This document shows positions 1-8,295 of a stretch of 24,000 nucleotides of DNA, piece by piece (the stretch's first letter is position 1; every line of letters begins with the position of its first letter). The DNA is from Caloramator mitchellensis (GTDB lineage: Bacteria > Bacillota > Clostridia > Clostridiales > Caloramatoraceae). A program made the translations under genes and the position numbers. Below the pieces are notes generated by a model. It made no database searches and was not told the origin of the DNA. It saw only the letters and a list, made by a program, of their open reading frames with translations. Location of the stretch: contig NZ_LKHP01000002.1 in assembly GCF_001440545.1 (NCBI RefSeq), positions 194,845 through 218,844 of the forward strand, read 5' to 3'.

Positions 1-664
1 TTTCTTTATTTATAAACAATGTTGCTCCATTTAAAATTGCAAATATAAAGAATGCAAGTATTGCAATTTTTGCGTTTATATTCTTAACAAAGCCTAATGC
101 CCTATTAAGCACATAACTTTTTTTATAATAAATCTCATTCTTAAAAGTCAATTTAAGCTTTAACATATCTGGTTTCTTTTCAAGTTCTTCTACGCTTATA
201 TCCTCTTTAAAATGCTTGCTTGCCCCTTCTAAAAGTCCTAAGAAATAGTCAAACATCCCTCTGTGTGAACGATAAGTGAAAGTAGCTTCATGTGAAGATA
301 TAGGCTCTAGGTCAAGAACAGGTGGCTTTGCACCCTGTATTCTTTTTGTAACTTGCTTATGAACATCGTTCATTGATTTTAGAAAACCGTAAAGTGAATC
401 ATGGTTGAAAAATGCCGGATAGTCCTTTGACCATGTTAACACATTATCTATCCCTATCTCTCTCCAAAGTTTATCATATGGTTTACCTGAAAGCGAAGCT
501 ATTGTTGAAACTATTTTAAATATTTTATTATCTTCAACATCCTCGATAGGCGAGAAAATTTTATCTTTGCTGAACCCAACTTCTTCAAGAGCTCTATTGA
601 CTATATCATCATTAGTAATCTTTCTGCATGTTCTAATCCATGTCGAAACCGCAGTTCCTTTCAT
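1..664 (-). CDS. H-NOX (haem NO/O2-binding) sensor domain followed by a transmembrane helix. This is the N-terminal 221 codons only; the gene continues past the left window edge (probably an MCP-type receptor).
   Basis: Own minus-strand translation: ATG at 664-662 with a GGGGGTG RBS 5 nt upstream, open to position 1. The product starts MKGTAVSTWIRTCRK...SMNDVHKQVTKRIQGAKPP...TYRSHRGMFDYFLGLLEGASKHFKEDISVEELE, then hydrophobic IAILAFFIFAILNGATLFI. It is collinear with my recollection of the Caldanaerobacter/Thermoanaerobacter tengcongensis Tar4 H-NOX domain. It is not in the ORF track because no stop codon lies within the window. Confidence 0.85.
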   Translation of the reverse strand, partial: MKGTAVSTWIRTCRKITNDDIVNRALEEVGFSKDKIFSPIEDVEDNKIFKIVSTIASLSGKPYDKLWREIGIDNVLTWSKDYPAFFNHDSLYGFLKSMNDVHKQVTKRIQGAKPPVLDLEPISSHEATFTYRSHRGMFDYFLGLLEGASKHFKEDISVEELEKKPDMLKLKLTFKNEIYYKKSYVLNRALGFVKNINAKIAILAFFIFAILNGATLFINKE

Positions 665-829
665 TTTAACACCCCCAATTCAATTATAGAATATATTATA
701 CCACCTTTCAACAGATAATTATTATCTTTGACATGATTTGATTAATTTTTTTAAAACACTTTTTCTTAGTGTAGATTTTAACAATGTTTTGCAATATAAT
801 AATATTAAGAAAAGAAAAAGGGTGATTAA

Positions 830-2068
830 ATGATTAAACTTGATTCTCACGATTTACTTTCAGCTTTAAGTTTGGCAATTGATTTATCTGAATGCAGCTC
901 ACATTGTGAGGAAAAATATTATGAACCTACATTTAATATAAATTTATCTCAGCACAAATTCATAAACCATTCTAAGAGGACAACCTATGTTGCAATGAGC
1001 ATTGGGAAAAATATATCCAATGATACATCATTCTTGAAATTTTTATTTATAAGCGCCGCTCTTCATGACATAGGCGTTACTGGAACTGCAGACCTTTTAG
1101 ATGCACATTTGAAAAGTGAATATATATTAAGGCATAGTGAAGAAGGAAGTTTCCTAATAGATAAATTACCTATGGACTATAAAATTTCACAGGCTATTAA
1201 ATATCATCATGAAAACTATAACGGAACTGGTCCATTTGGTTTAAAAAATGATGAAATTCCACTAATCTCTCAAGTTTTGAGGATATCAGATTCATTTGAG
1301 CTTATATATGATGAAAATATCCCAAATTATATCCAGAGGGACTTTATATCCAAATTTTTTAAAACACATAAGGGTATTTACTTTAACCCCCACCTTATCG
1401 ACATACTTTTCGAATTGCAATCAAAGGAAAAATTCTGGTGGGATGTTGAAAACATAGGTCATATTCCAGAAATATACGATTCAATAAAGCCTGAAATAAC
1501 TAAAACATTCTCAATGCAGGAAATAAGAAAAATTGCCTATGTATTTGCAGACATAATTGACAAGAAAAGCCCATTTACCTATACACACTCGAAAAACCTT
1601 ACAAAAATAGCATTGAGAATTGCCGATTACTTAAATTTTGATAAAAACAAAAAGATAAGATTTGAGATAGCTGCTCTAATGCACGACGTTGGAAAACTTG
1701 CAATACCCAATTCTATCCTCAATAAAGAAGGTCCATTAAATCCAAAGGAAGTATTGATAATGAAAAGCCATACTTATTATACAAGGTTAATTTTATCAAG
1801 AATTAAAGGATTTGAAGATATAACAGATTGGGCGTCAAACCACCACGAAAAATTAAATGGACATGGCTATCCTTTAGGCTTATCCGCTGATAAACTTTCG
1901 ATGGAAGAGAGAATAATGGCTGTTTGCGACATTTATGAAGCATTGACATCGGACAGACCCTACAGAAAAGGTATGTCAAACGACAGAGCAATTGAAATAC
2001 TTAAGAAGATGGTAGATTTAAATGAAGTCTGCCCCATAGCGCTTGAATATCTGAAAAAAGTTTTGTAA
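830..2068 (+). CDS. Tandem HD-GYP domain protein (putative c-di-GMP phosphodiesterase). The N-terminal domain is degenerate and the C-terminal domain is canonical.
   Basis: The C-terminal half has LMHDVGKLAIP, NHHEKLNGHGYPLGL and CDIYEALTSDRPYRK. The N-terminal half has ALHDIGV and YHHENYNGTGPFGL, with GYP replaced by GPF. RBS AAGGGTGA lies upstream of the ATG. Confidence 0.85.
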   Translation: MIKLDSHDLLSALSLAIDLSECSSHCEEKYYEPTFNINLSQHKFINHSKRTTYVAMSIGKNISNDTSFLKFLFISAALHDIGVTGTADLLDAHLKSEYILRHSEEGSFLIDKLPMDYKISQAIKYHHENYNGTGPFGLKNDEIPLISQVLRISDSFELIYDENIPNYIQRDFISKFFKTHKGIYFNPHLIDILFELQSKEKFWWDVENIGHIPEIYDSIKPEITKTFSMQEIRKIAYVFADIIDKKSPFTYTHSKNLTKIALRIADYLNFDKNKKIRFEIAALMHDVGKLAIPNSILNKEGPLNPKEVLIMKSHTYYTRLILSRIKGFEDITDWASNHHEKLNGHGYPLGLSADKLSMEERIMAVCDIYEALTSDRPYRKGMSNDRAIEILKKMVDLNEVCPIALEYLKKVL

Positions 2069-2116
2069 GCTGCCTTTATCTAGAAGCATTTAATTTATTA
2101 AGCCATTACACTTTAA

Positions 2117-2155
2117 AGTCCCAAGATAAATTTTTAAAAAATATATCTTGGGACT
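2117..2155. terminator. Bidirectional hairpin between the convergent HD-GYP and ribU genes
   Basis: Perfect 12-bp arms agtcccaagata / tatcttgggact (2117-2128, 2144-2155) around an AT loop. The flanks are T/A-rich on both strands. Confidence 0.55.
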
Positions 2156-2162
2156 GATTATT

Positions 2163-2759
2163 TTATTTGTGTAATATAGGCGAAACCCTTTTGTAAATTA
2201 AAATTGTTACTGCGGATGCTATAAGACCCTTTACGAGATTAAAAGGCAATATGCTATAAACGATAAGAGTGTTTATATCCTTAATTGCAGGGTTAACCTT
2301 TGCTGCAATACCAACAATAGCATCAATAGGAAAATGTAATACTTTTTCATATAATGGAAGGAATATATAATAGTTTAAAAGTGAAGCTGTAACTCCCATT
2401 GAAATAATTCCACAAATCACTGCATAAATTGCACCTGTCTTCGTTTTATTCTTTCTGTAAATCAATGCAGCAGGCAATACAAAAGATACACCAACTAAAA
2501 AATTTGCCGCCTCACCTATTCCAGCCGTTTGATTCTTAACAGCAAAATGAATTAAATTTTTTACAAACTCAATCATAATTCCCGCCATTGGTCCTAATGC
2601 AAATGCACCAATCAGTGCAGGAACATCGCTTAAATCGATTTTTAAAAAGTCCGGGAAAATTGGCAATGCAAATTCAAAGAACATTAAAATTAGTGCAAAA
2701 GCCGAAAGAAGTGAAACTTTGATCGTCTTTGATAGATTTTTTGATTTAATTTTTTCCAT
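2163..2759 (-). CDS. ribU: ECF-transporter S component for riboflavin (RibU/YpaA family)
   Basis: Starts at internal Met46 of the listed ORF (MEKIKSKNLSK...) with RBS GGGGAGG. It is a multi-TM protein with FPDFLKIDLSDVPALIGAFALGPMAG and ILPFNLVKG, which resemble B. subtilis RibU as I recall it. An FMN riboswitch lies directly upstream. Confidence 0.8.
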   Translation of the reverse strand: MEKIKSKNLSKTIKVSLLSAFALILMFFEFALPIFPDFLKIDLSDVPALIGAFALGPMAGIMIEFVKNLIHFAVKNQTAGIGEAANFLVGVSFVLPAALIYRKNKTKTGAIYAVICGIISMGVTASLLNYYIFLPLYEKVLHFPIDAIVGIAAKVNPAIKDINTLIVYSILPFNLVKGLIASAVTILIYKRVSPILHK

Positions 2760-2762
2760 AAA

Positions 2763-2910
2763 AAAACCTCCCCTTTTTTTCAGGGCAGGAGAATAAATAA
2801 ATATCCTCTTCCATCCAGACTTTACTGTCGGCTCTGGAATCACACCAGATCTGCCTTTCGGCTCGCGGGCTTTACCGCCGGTCGGGAATTTCACCCTGCC
2901 CTGAAGATAT
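2763..2910 (-). promoter_or_regulatory. FMN riboswitch (RFN element) with expression platform
   Basis: The minus strand reads ATATCTTCAGGGCAGGGTGAAATTCCCGACCGGCGGTAAAGCCCGCGAGCC...GGTGTGATTCCAGAGCCGACAGTAAAGTCTGGATGGAAGAGGATAT. This carries the conserved RFN core blocks. It is followed by CTCCTGCCCTGAAAAAAAGGGGAGGTTTTTT, which can pair with and occlude the RBS or terminate transcription. Confidence 0.9.
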
Positions 2911-2950
2911 CTAAATATATGTTATCAAATTATCAACAAATATTCAATAT

Positions 2951-3643
2951 CTATTCCCTAAATTGTTTTAAAAAACCATTCATATCCCTAATTCTAATGT
3001 ATTTTCTTTGAGTTTCGATTATTCCTTTTCTTTTAAGGCTAGAAAAAATCCTTGAAACAGTTTCTCTAGTTAAGTTTAATGCCTTTGAAATATCTCCCAT
3101 ATTCACATCAAATTCAACAGATACATCTCCATTTGCCTCGATTCTTCCAAACTTCTGAACATTTTCAAGGACAAAATTTAATAATACTTCCTTTGCATCA
3201 TTGAGCATCAACATTGAATTTCTATTTCCCTGAGTTCTTACCGAATTCATAACTATATGCGCAGCTAGTTTACGCAACTCCTTAGATTCATCTATTTTTC
3301 TTCGTAGGTATATTGCATCAACAGCGTAGATAATACAACCGTTCAACGCCTTATACGTAGCTATTTCAGGAAGCTCAAAGTATGACGAATATCCAAAAAA
3401 CTCGTCTTGCATAACATATCCAATTGAATATTCATCACCCTTTTTGTCCTTTTTTATTATGATTACCTTCCCGCTGTCAAGATAATATATATATTCATCC
3501 CTATAACCTTCTTTTATTATATCTTCGCCCTTAAAATATATTATTTTTTTATAGTGTCCCTTTAATTCCTTATCAAATAGTTTCCTATAGTTATTGCTCT
3601 CCCCCATCTTGATGAAAAGCAATTCTTTTTGTAAAACGCTCAT
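2951..3643 (-). CDS. Crp/Fnr-family transcriptional regulator (cNMP-binding domain plus C-terminal HTH)
   Basis: 230 aa with an N-terminal beta-barrel-like region and a C-terminal HTH, GDISKALNLTRETVSRIFSSLKRKGII. Confidence 0.8.
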   Translation of the reverse strand: MSVLQKELLFIKMGESNNYRKLFDKELKGHYKKIIYFKGEDIIKEGYRDEYIYYLDSGKVIIIKKDKKGDEYSIGYVMQDEFFGYSSYFELPEIATYKALNGCIIYAVDAIYLRRKIDESKELRKLAAHIVMNSVRTQGNRNSMLMLNDAKEVLLNFVLENVQKFGRIEANGDVSVEFDVNMGDISKALNLTRETVSRIFSSLKRKGIIETQRKYIRIRDMNGFLKQFRE

Positions 3644-3873
3644 AAATAATTGCCCCTTTATAGTGTTCTATCACTAATTTTATCGACCTCTACACTAAAA
3701 AGTTTACATTAAATTAAAGCTCCATGATTGATTTCCTTGGTTTCGCTCATTTTGCCAAGTAATTCTAAACTTTTGTTTGTTTTCGAAAAGCAAGAATTAC
3801 TATGGTTTATGAAATGCGCTTTTAAAAATCAAATCATGGGGCTTTCAAGATACTTATATTCTAATATAACCTT

Positions 3874-6036
3874 TTACTTCAAATCCTTCATTGAAAGTGC
3901 TATTCTTTTTCGCTTTAAGTCTACATCAAGAACCTTAACGTCAACTATATCTCCAACCTTTGCAACCTCCATAGGATGTTTTACATAGAAATTCGCAAGC
4001 TCCGACTTATGAACGAGACCGTCCTGGTGAACTCCGATATCGACAAAGACTCCAAAATCTGCTACATTTCTAACAGTCCCCTTAAGTATCATTCCAGGTT
4101 TTAAGTGTTCCATCTCCATAACTGTTGACATAAATATTGGTGGCGGAAGTTCTTCCCTTGGGTCCCTTCCAGGCTTTTTAATTTCCTTAATTATATCCAT
4201 TAAAGTTGGAATGCCGCAGCCTATCTCATCTGCTATTTTCTCAACTCCTCCATTTCTCTCAACTAAAGCATCCAAATTTTCAAGTTTTCTATTTTTAACA
4301 TCATCTAAAGATAGGTTTAATCTTTCCAAAAAACTTTTACAAACATCGTAGGACTCAGGATGAACTGCAGTATTGTCAAGAGGATTGCTGCTCTCTGGAA
4401 TTCTTAAAAATCCTGCACACTGCACGAACGCCTTTTCTCCGAGCCTCTTTACCTTTAGAATTTCCCTTCTATCCTTAAACTTTCCATTCTGCTCCCTGTA
4501 TTCAACTATATTCTTAGCTATCGCAGAATTTATTCCCGAAACATATGATAACAGCGAAACCGAAGCAGTATTCAAATCCACTCCAACGCTATTAACAACA
4601 TCCTCAACTACTCCCTTTAATGTATCATCAAGCCTCTTTTGAGACACATCGTGCTGGTATTGCCCAACCCCTATTGATTTAGGGTCAATCTTAACAAGTT
4701 CCGCAAGAGGGTCCTGAAGTCTCCTTGCAATTGAAATCGCTCCCCTTAATGAAACGTTTATATCTGGGAATTCCTTGCTTGCAAGCTCCGATGCTGAATA
4801 CACAGAAGCACCTGCCTCTGAAACTACAACATAATAAATCTTTTTGCCTTTTTCATCCTGTATTTCCTTTATAAGCTCTGAAATAAATATTTCCGATTCC
4901 CTCGAAGCAGTTCCATTCCCAAGGGATATTATATCAACATCATGCTTATAAATAAGCTGCTTCAACACTTTTTTGCTGCCCTCGATATCGTTTTGAGGAG
5001 CTGTTGAATAAACAGTTGCAGTATCAAGAAGCTTTCCAGTTTCATCGACAACCGCCACCTTGCATCCGGTTCTAAATCCAGGGTCAAAACCTAAAACAAC
5101 CTTACCCTTAACCGGGGATTGCATCAATAGATTTTTGAGATTTGCTGCAAAAACCTTAATAGCTTGCTCTTCCGCCTTTTCAGTTAATTCGTTTCTTATT
5201 TCCCTTTCAATCGAAGAGGATATCAGCCTTTGATAGCTATCCTTTACCGTCCTTTGAATATATTCCTTTTCATATTCCCTTTTGATGAGCTTATTTTCTA
5301 AAAAGCTAATTATCCTTTCGACAGGTGCCTCAATCTTGACTGACAAAAATTCTTCCTTTTCGCCTCTGTTAATCGCAAGAACCCTGTGCGGAAGTATGCT
5401 CTTAACCGGCTCTTTATAATCATAATACATCTCATAGGGTGAAGTTTCTTCCTTAAGGGCCTTTGTAAGTATAATTCCTTCTTTGAAAGTTATATTTCTA
5501 ATATATTTTCTAAATTCGGCATTGTCTGATATTTCCTCGGCAATAATGTCAAGTGCCCCCGAAATAGCGTCCTCAACTGTTGCAACTTCCTTTTCAGCAT
5601 CGACAAATTGCTTTGCAATATCATAAATTGCCCCTTCGTAATTTTGTTCAAGTATTATATTAGCAAGCGGCTCAAGTCCTCTTTCCTTTGCAATCGTGGC
5701 TCTTGTTCTTTTCTTTGGTCTAAACGGTCTATAAATATCATCAACTTCAGTTATAGTATTTGCCTCATCTATAGCCTTAACTATTTCATCCGTAAGCTTG
5801 CCCTGTTCATCAATAAGCCTTTTAACTTCTTCCTTCTTAGAAAAAAGGTTTCTTAGATAATTTAACCTATCAAAGAGCTGTCTTAGTGTAACATCATCAA
5901 GTCCACCGGTAACTTCTTTTCTATACCTTGCTATAAAAGGAATAGTGTTTCCCTCGTCTATAAGCTCTACTGTATTTTTAACTTGATTTTCTCTAATATT
6001 CAGCTCGCGTGCTAAAATACTTATAATATCCATCAT
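3874..6036 (-). CDS. tex: Tex transcription accessory protein (Tex N-terminal, YqgF-like, HhH and S1 domains)
   Basis: 720 aa with N-terminus IARELNIRENQVKNTVELIDEGNTIPFIARYRKE and a C-terminal S1 domain GMILKGTVRNVADFGVFVDIGVHQDGLVH. RBS is GAGGTGAG. The start overlaps the upstream stop as ATGA. Confidence 0.92.
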   Translation of the reverse strand: MMDIISILARELNIRENQVKNTVELIDEGNTIPFIARYRKEVTGGLDDVTLRQLFDRLNYLRNLFSKKEEVKRLIDEQGKLTDEIVKAIDEANTITEVDDIYRPFRPKKRTRATIAKERGLEPLANIILEQNYEGAIYDIAKQFVDAEKEVATVEDAISGALDIIAEEISDNAEFRKYIRNITFKEGIILTKALKEETSPYEMYYDYKEPVKSILPHRVLAINRGEKEEFLSVKIEAPVERIISFLENKLIKREYEKEYIQRTVKDSYQRLISSSIEREIRNELTEKAEEQAIKVFAANLKNLLMQSPVKGKVVLGFDPGFRTGCKVAVVDETGKLLDTATVYSTAPQNDIEGSKKVLKQLIYKHDVDIISLGNGTASRESEIFISELIKEIQDEKGKKIYYVVVSEAGASVYSASELASKEFPDINVSLRGAISIARRLQDPLAELVKIDPKSIGVGQYQHDVSQKRLDDTLKGVVEDVVNSVGVDLNTASVSLLSYVSGINSAIAKNIVEYREQNGKFKDRREILKVKRLGEKAFVQCAGFLRIPESSNPLDNTAVHPESYDVCKSFLERLNLSLDDVKNRKLENLDALVERNGGVEKIADEIGCGIPTLMDIIKEIKKPGRDPREELPPPIFMSTVMEMEHLKPGMILKGTVRNVADFGVFVDIGVHQDGLVHKSELANFYVKHPMEVAKVGDIVDVKVLDVDLKRKRIALSMKDLK

Positions 6037-7112
6037 CTCACCTCAAGCTTGTTTTTTTTCTTTTGCTCATACATCTCATTGTCTGCAATTGTTATAAGCT
6101 TATCAGCGTTTCTTGTTTCAAATGTGCTGCTATACCCTGCACTAAACTTAACATTAATTCCATCCACAGGGTTTGTGTCTAAAAATTCCTTTATCTCATC
6201 TATTTTTTCTCTTAATATTTTTTTACTTCCCTTAAATACAATTACAAATTCATCCCCAGCATATCTGCAGATATACGCATTATCATCAAATTGCTTCCTT
6301 ATCGCATTTGTAAAGTGCTTTAAAGCTTCATCTCCCTTTTTATGTCCGAAGGTATCATTTATATATTTAAAATCATCTAAATCTATAAGGCAAATAGATA
6401 ATGTTTCCCCTGTGCTCAATAAATCATTTAATAATTCCTCAAATTTTCTTCTGTTCAATAACCCCGTTAAATGGTCATACGATGAGATAAACTTGAGTTC
6501 ATTCATAAGCTTTACAATTTTAATAGCTGCCTCGAGCTGTATTACTATATATTTTAATAGTATGATATCCCTCTTATTAAACGCATCTTCTCTAATATTA
6601 TTATCTAGATTTATAACGCCATAAAAATCTCCATCGATGTAAATAGGTGCAGAAATGGTGCATTTAATATCCAGAGCATTTGATTCAACAAGTTTTTTAA
6701 AACTTTTTTTACTTAAATGCTCATCATCAAATACCCTTGGGTTCTTAATTATGCTTGGCTCTTTAAGTTTTGTCGTCCTGTATAAATACAACTCTTCTTT
6801 TCTAAGATGAACATTTTTTAAAGATTCGATGTCAAAACCCACTGCCGCTTTATATTCCATGTGATTTTTATTTCTATCATAGATTAAAATACTACCCCTT
6901 TGAGCATTTTCAATCAAATCAATCGTATACTCTAGAATCCTTTGATACAAATCGTCAATTGATTTAAAATCCTCTATTTCCTTTGCAACGTCGATAAGAG
7001 TATTTTTTATTTTTTCAGTCCTTTGGTATTCACTTTTAAGTTTCATATTATTTACGATTAAATATATCGCAAACAATATCGCAATAATTGCAGCAGCAAT
7101 CTCCATAGACAT
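6033..7112 (-). CDS. Membrane-anchored GAF-GGDEF diguanylate cyclase with an AGDEF active-site variant
   Basis: N-terminal TM helix, GAF-like middle region, and a GGDEF domain (DHLTGLLNRRKF, DLDDFKYINDTFGHKKGD, RYAGDEFVIVF). The third codon (ATG at 7106) has better SD spacing (AGGAAGG-6 nt) than the listed start at 7112. Confidence 0.85.
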   Translation of the reverse strand: MSMEIAAAIIAILFAIYLIVNNMKLKSEYQRTEKIKNTLIDVAKEIEDFKSIDDLYQRILEYTIDLIENAQRGSILIYDRNKNHMEYKAAVGFDIESLKNVHLRKEELYLYRTTKLKEPSIIKNPRVFDDEHLSKKSFKKLVESNALDIKCTISAPIYIDGDFYGVINLDNNIREDAFNKRDIILLKYIVIQLEAAIKIVKLMNELKFISSYDHLTGLLNRRKFEELLNDLLSTGETLSICLIDLDDFKYINDTFGHKKGDEALKHFTNAIRKQFDDNAYICRYAGDEFVIVFKGSKKILREKIDEIKEFLDTNPVDGINVKFSAGYSSTFETRNADKLITIADNEMYEQKKKNKLEVR

Positions 7113-7130
7113 CCTTCCTAACCTTTAGTA

Positions 7131-8066
7131 TTAAAACATATCCTTCTTAGCAAGAAGGTATGTTACGCCACCAGACATGATAGCAATAATCAATAATACA
7201 AGGTAAAAACCGAACGGATTATCTCCAAATGGAACAGGAACATTCATTCCAAAAAGTCCAGAAACCATAGTTGGAATTGAAAGAACTATAGTAATTGAAG
7301 CCAAAAACTTCATTACTATATTCAGGTTATTTGAAATAATCGAAGCAAATGCATCCATAGTTCCGCTCAATATATTGCTATATATATTTGCCATTTCAAT
7401 AGCCTGCTTGTTCTCAATGATAACCTCTTCTAAAACGTCCTGGTCCTCTGGATATTTTTGCATCATCTCAAGTTTAAGCATCTTTTCAAGAGTTATTTCG
7501 TTGGATTTTAAAGAAGTTGAAAAGTAAACTAGGCTCTTTTCAAGAGATAATAGCTGTATAAGCTCTTTATTCTTCATTGATTTGTGAAGCCTTGCTTCTA
7601 TAATATGGCTTGTTTTGTCTATCTGCTTAAGATAACATAGATAATAGGATGCTACTTTATAAAGTATTTGAAGTATAAATCTTGATTTTTTAAACGTATA
7701 GAATGACTTAACTTTTTTTGCCACAAAATCATCAATCACCTTGTTTTCCTTTAAGCAGATAGTTACGATGAACTTATCGTTTAAAACAATACCTAATGGA
7801 ATAGTATAATATTGCAAAGACTTATCCTTAACATCCATAACAGGTATGTCGATTATGACTGAAGTTTGGTCTCCGTCGATTTCAATTCTTGAGCTCTCCT
7901 CTTCATCAAGCGGAGCTCTTAAAAATTCAATCAAAAGACCAGTCTTTTGCGATACATACTCAAGCTCAGTCTCATTTGGATTTGTAAGGCTAACCCAGCA
8001 GCCGTTTTCGATGCCATCGATTTCAAATGTCTGACCATCGACATTGGTCTTGTATATCTTTAACAT
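7131..8066 (-). CDS. corA: CorA-family Mg2+/Co2+ transporter
   Basis: 311 aa with two C-terminal TM helices and the GMN signature (LFGMNVPVP). RBS AAGGAG lies 7 nt upstream of the ATG. Confidence 0.87.
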   Translation of the reverse strand: MLKIYKTNVDGQTFEIDGIENGCWVSLTNPNETELEYVSQKTGLLIEFLRAPLDEEESSRIEIDGDQTSVIIDIPVMDVKDKSLQYYTIPLGIVLNDKFIVTICLKENKVIDDFVAKKVKSFYTFKKSRFILQILYKVASYYLCYLKQIDKTSHIIEARLHKSMKNKELIQLLSLEKSLVYFSTSLKSNEITLEKMLKLEMMQKYPEDQDVLEEVIIENKQAIEMANIYSNILSGTMDAFASIISNNLNIVMKFLASITIVLSIPTMVSGLFGMNVPVPFGDNPFGFYLVLLIIAIMSGGVTYLLAKKDMF

Positions 8067-8076
8067 TCTCCCACTC

Positions 8077-8113
8077 CTTCCTCGAGCCTCTAAGGCTCGA
8101 GGAAGCCTTAGAG
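8077..8113 (-). promoter_or_regulatory. corA 5' leader with two mutually exclusive hairpins abutting the SD
   Basis: The leader RNA reads CTCTAAGGC-TTCCTCGA-GCCTTAGAG-GCTCGAGGAAG-GAGTGGGAGA-ATG. Hairpin 1 is 9 bp (8113-8105 pairing with 8096-8088). Hairpin 2 is 12 bp (8105-8094 pairing with 8088-8077). They share 8088-8105. The 3' arm of hairpin 2 runs into the AAGGAG SD. Confidence 0.4.
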
Positions 8114-8295
8114 AACTCTATATTAATTTCTTCTTCCTGACGGGTAAATCATCCATACATAACACCTCATATGCAAAAAATTTTCACTAATTTTACTTTA
8201 CAACAATGAAACAAAAAATACAAGCCATTTATAAATCTCAAAACTATTAACGAATAATGGTTTTCTATTAAAATTCACAAAAAACCCACAAAACA

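Noticed and set aside
3661-3676. TAGTG-N6-CACTA palindrome between the crp-family promoter region and RBS, a possible autoregulatory Crp/Fnr-type site
   Set aside because: The arms are only 5 bp, and many such palindromes are expected by chance in 24 kb. It does not match the TGTGA-N6-TCACA or TTGAT-N4-ATCAA consensus well.
6049-6624. 191-aa plus-strand ORF, and similar antisense ORFs (1803-1991, 4373-4642, 5608-5856, 7846-8034, 8925-9200, 9297-9518, 12321-12515, 14022-14216, 17913-18299, 18390-18581, 20148-20372, 20421-20642, 21792-22100, 22528-23210)
   Set aside because: All lie antisense inside well-supported genes. All give S/F/L/I-rich low-complexity products, typical of shadow frames in AT-rich genomes, and none has an SD.
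8067-8260. M-box (ykoK) Mg2+ riboswitch upstream of corA
   Set aside because: The leader is too short, and I cannot find the conserved M-box core blocks as I remember them. The structure present is a simple pair of competing hairpins, reported separately as a finding.
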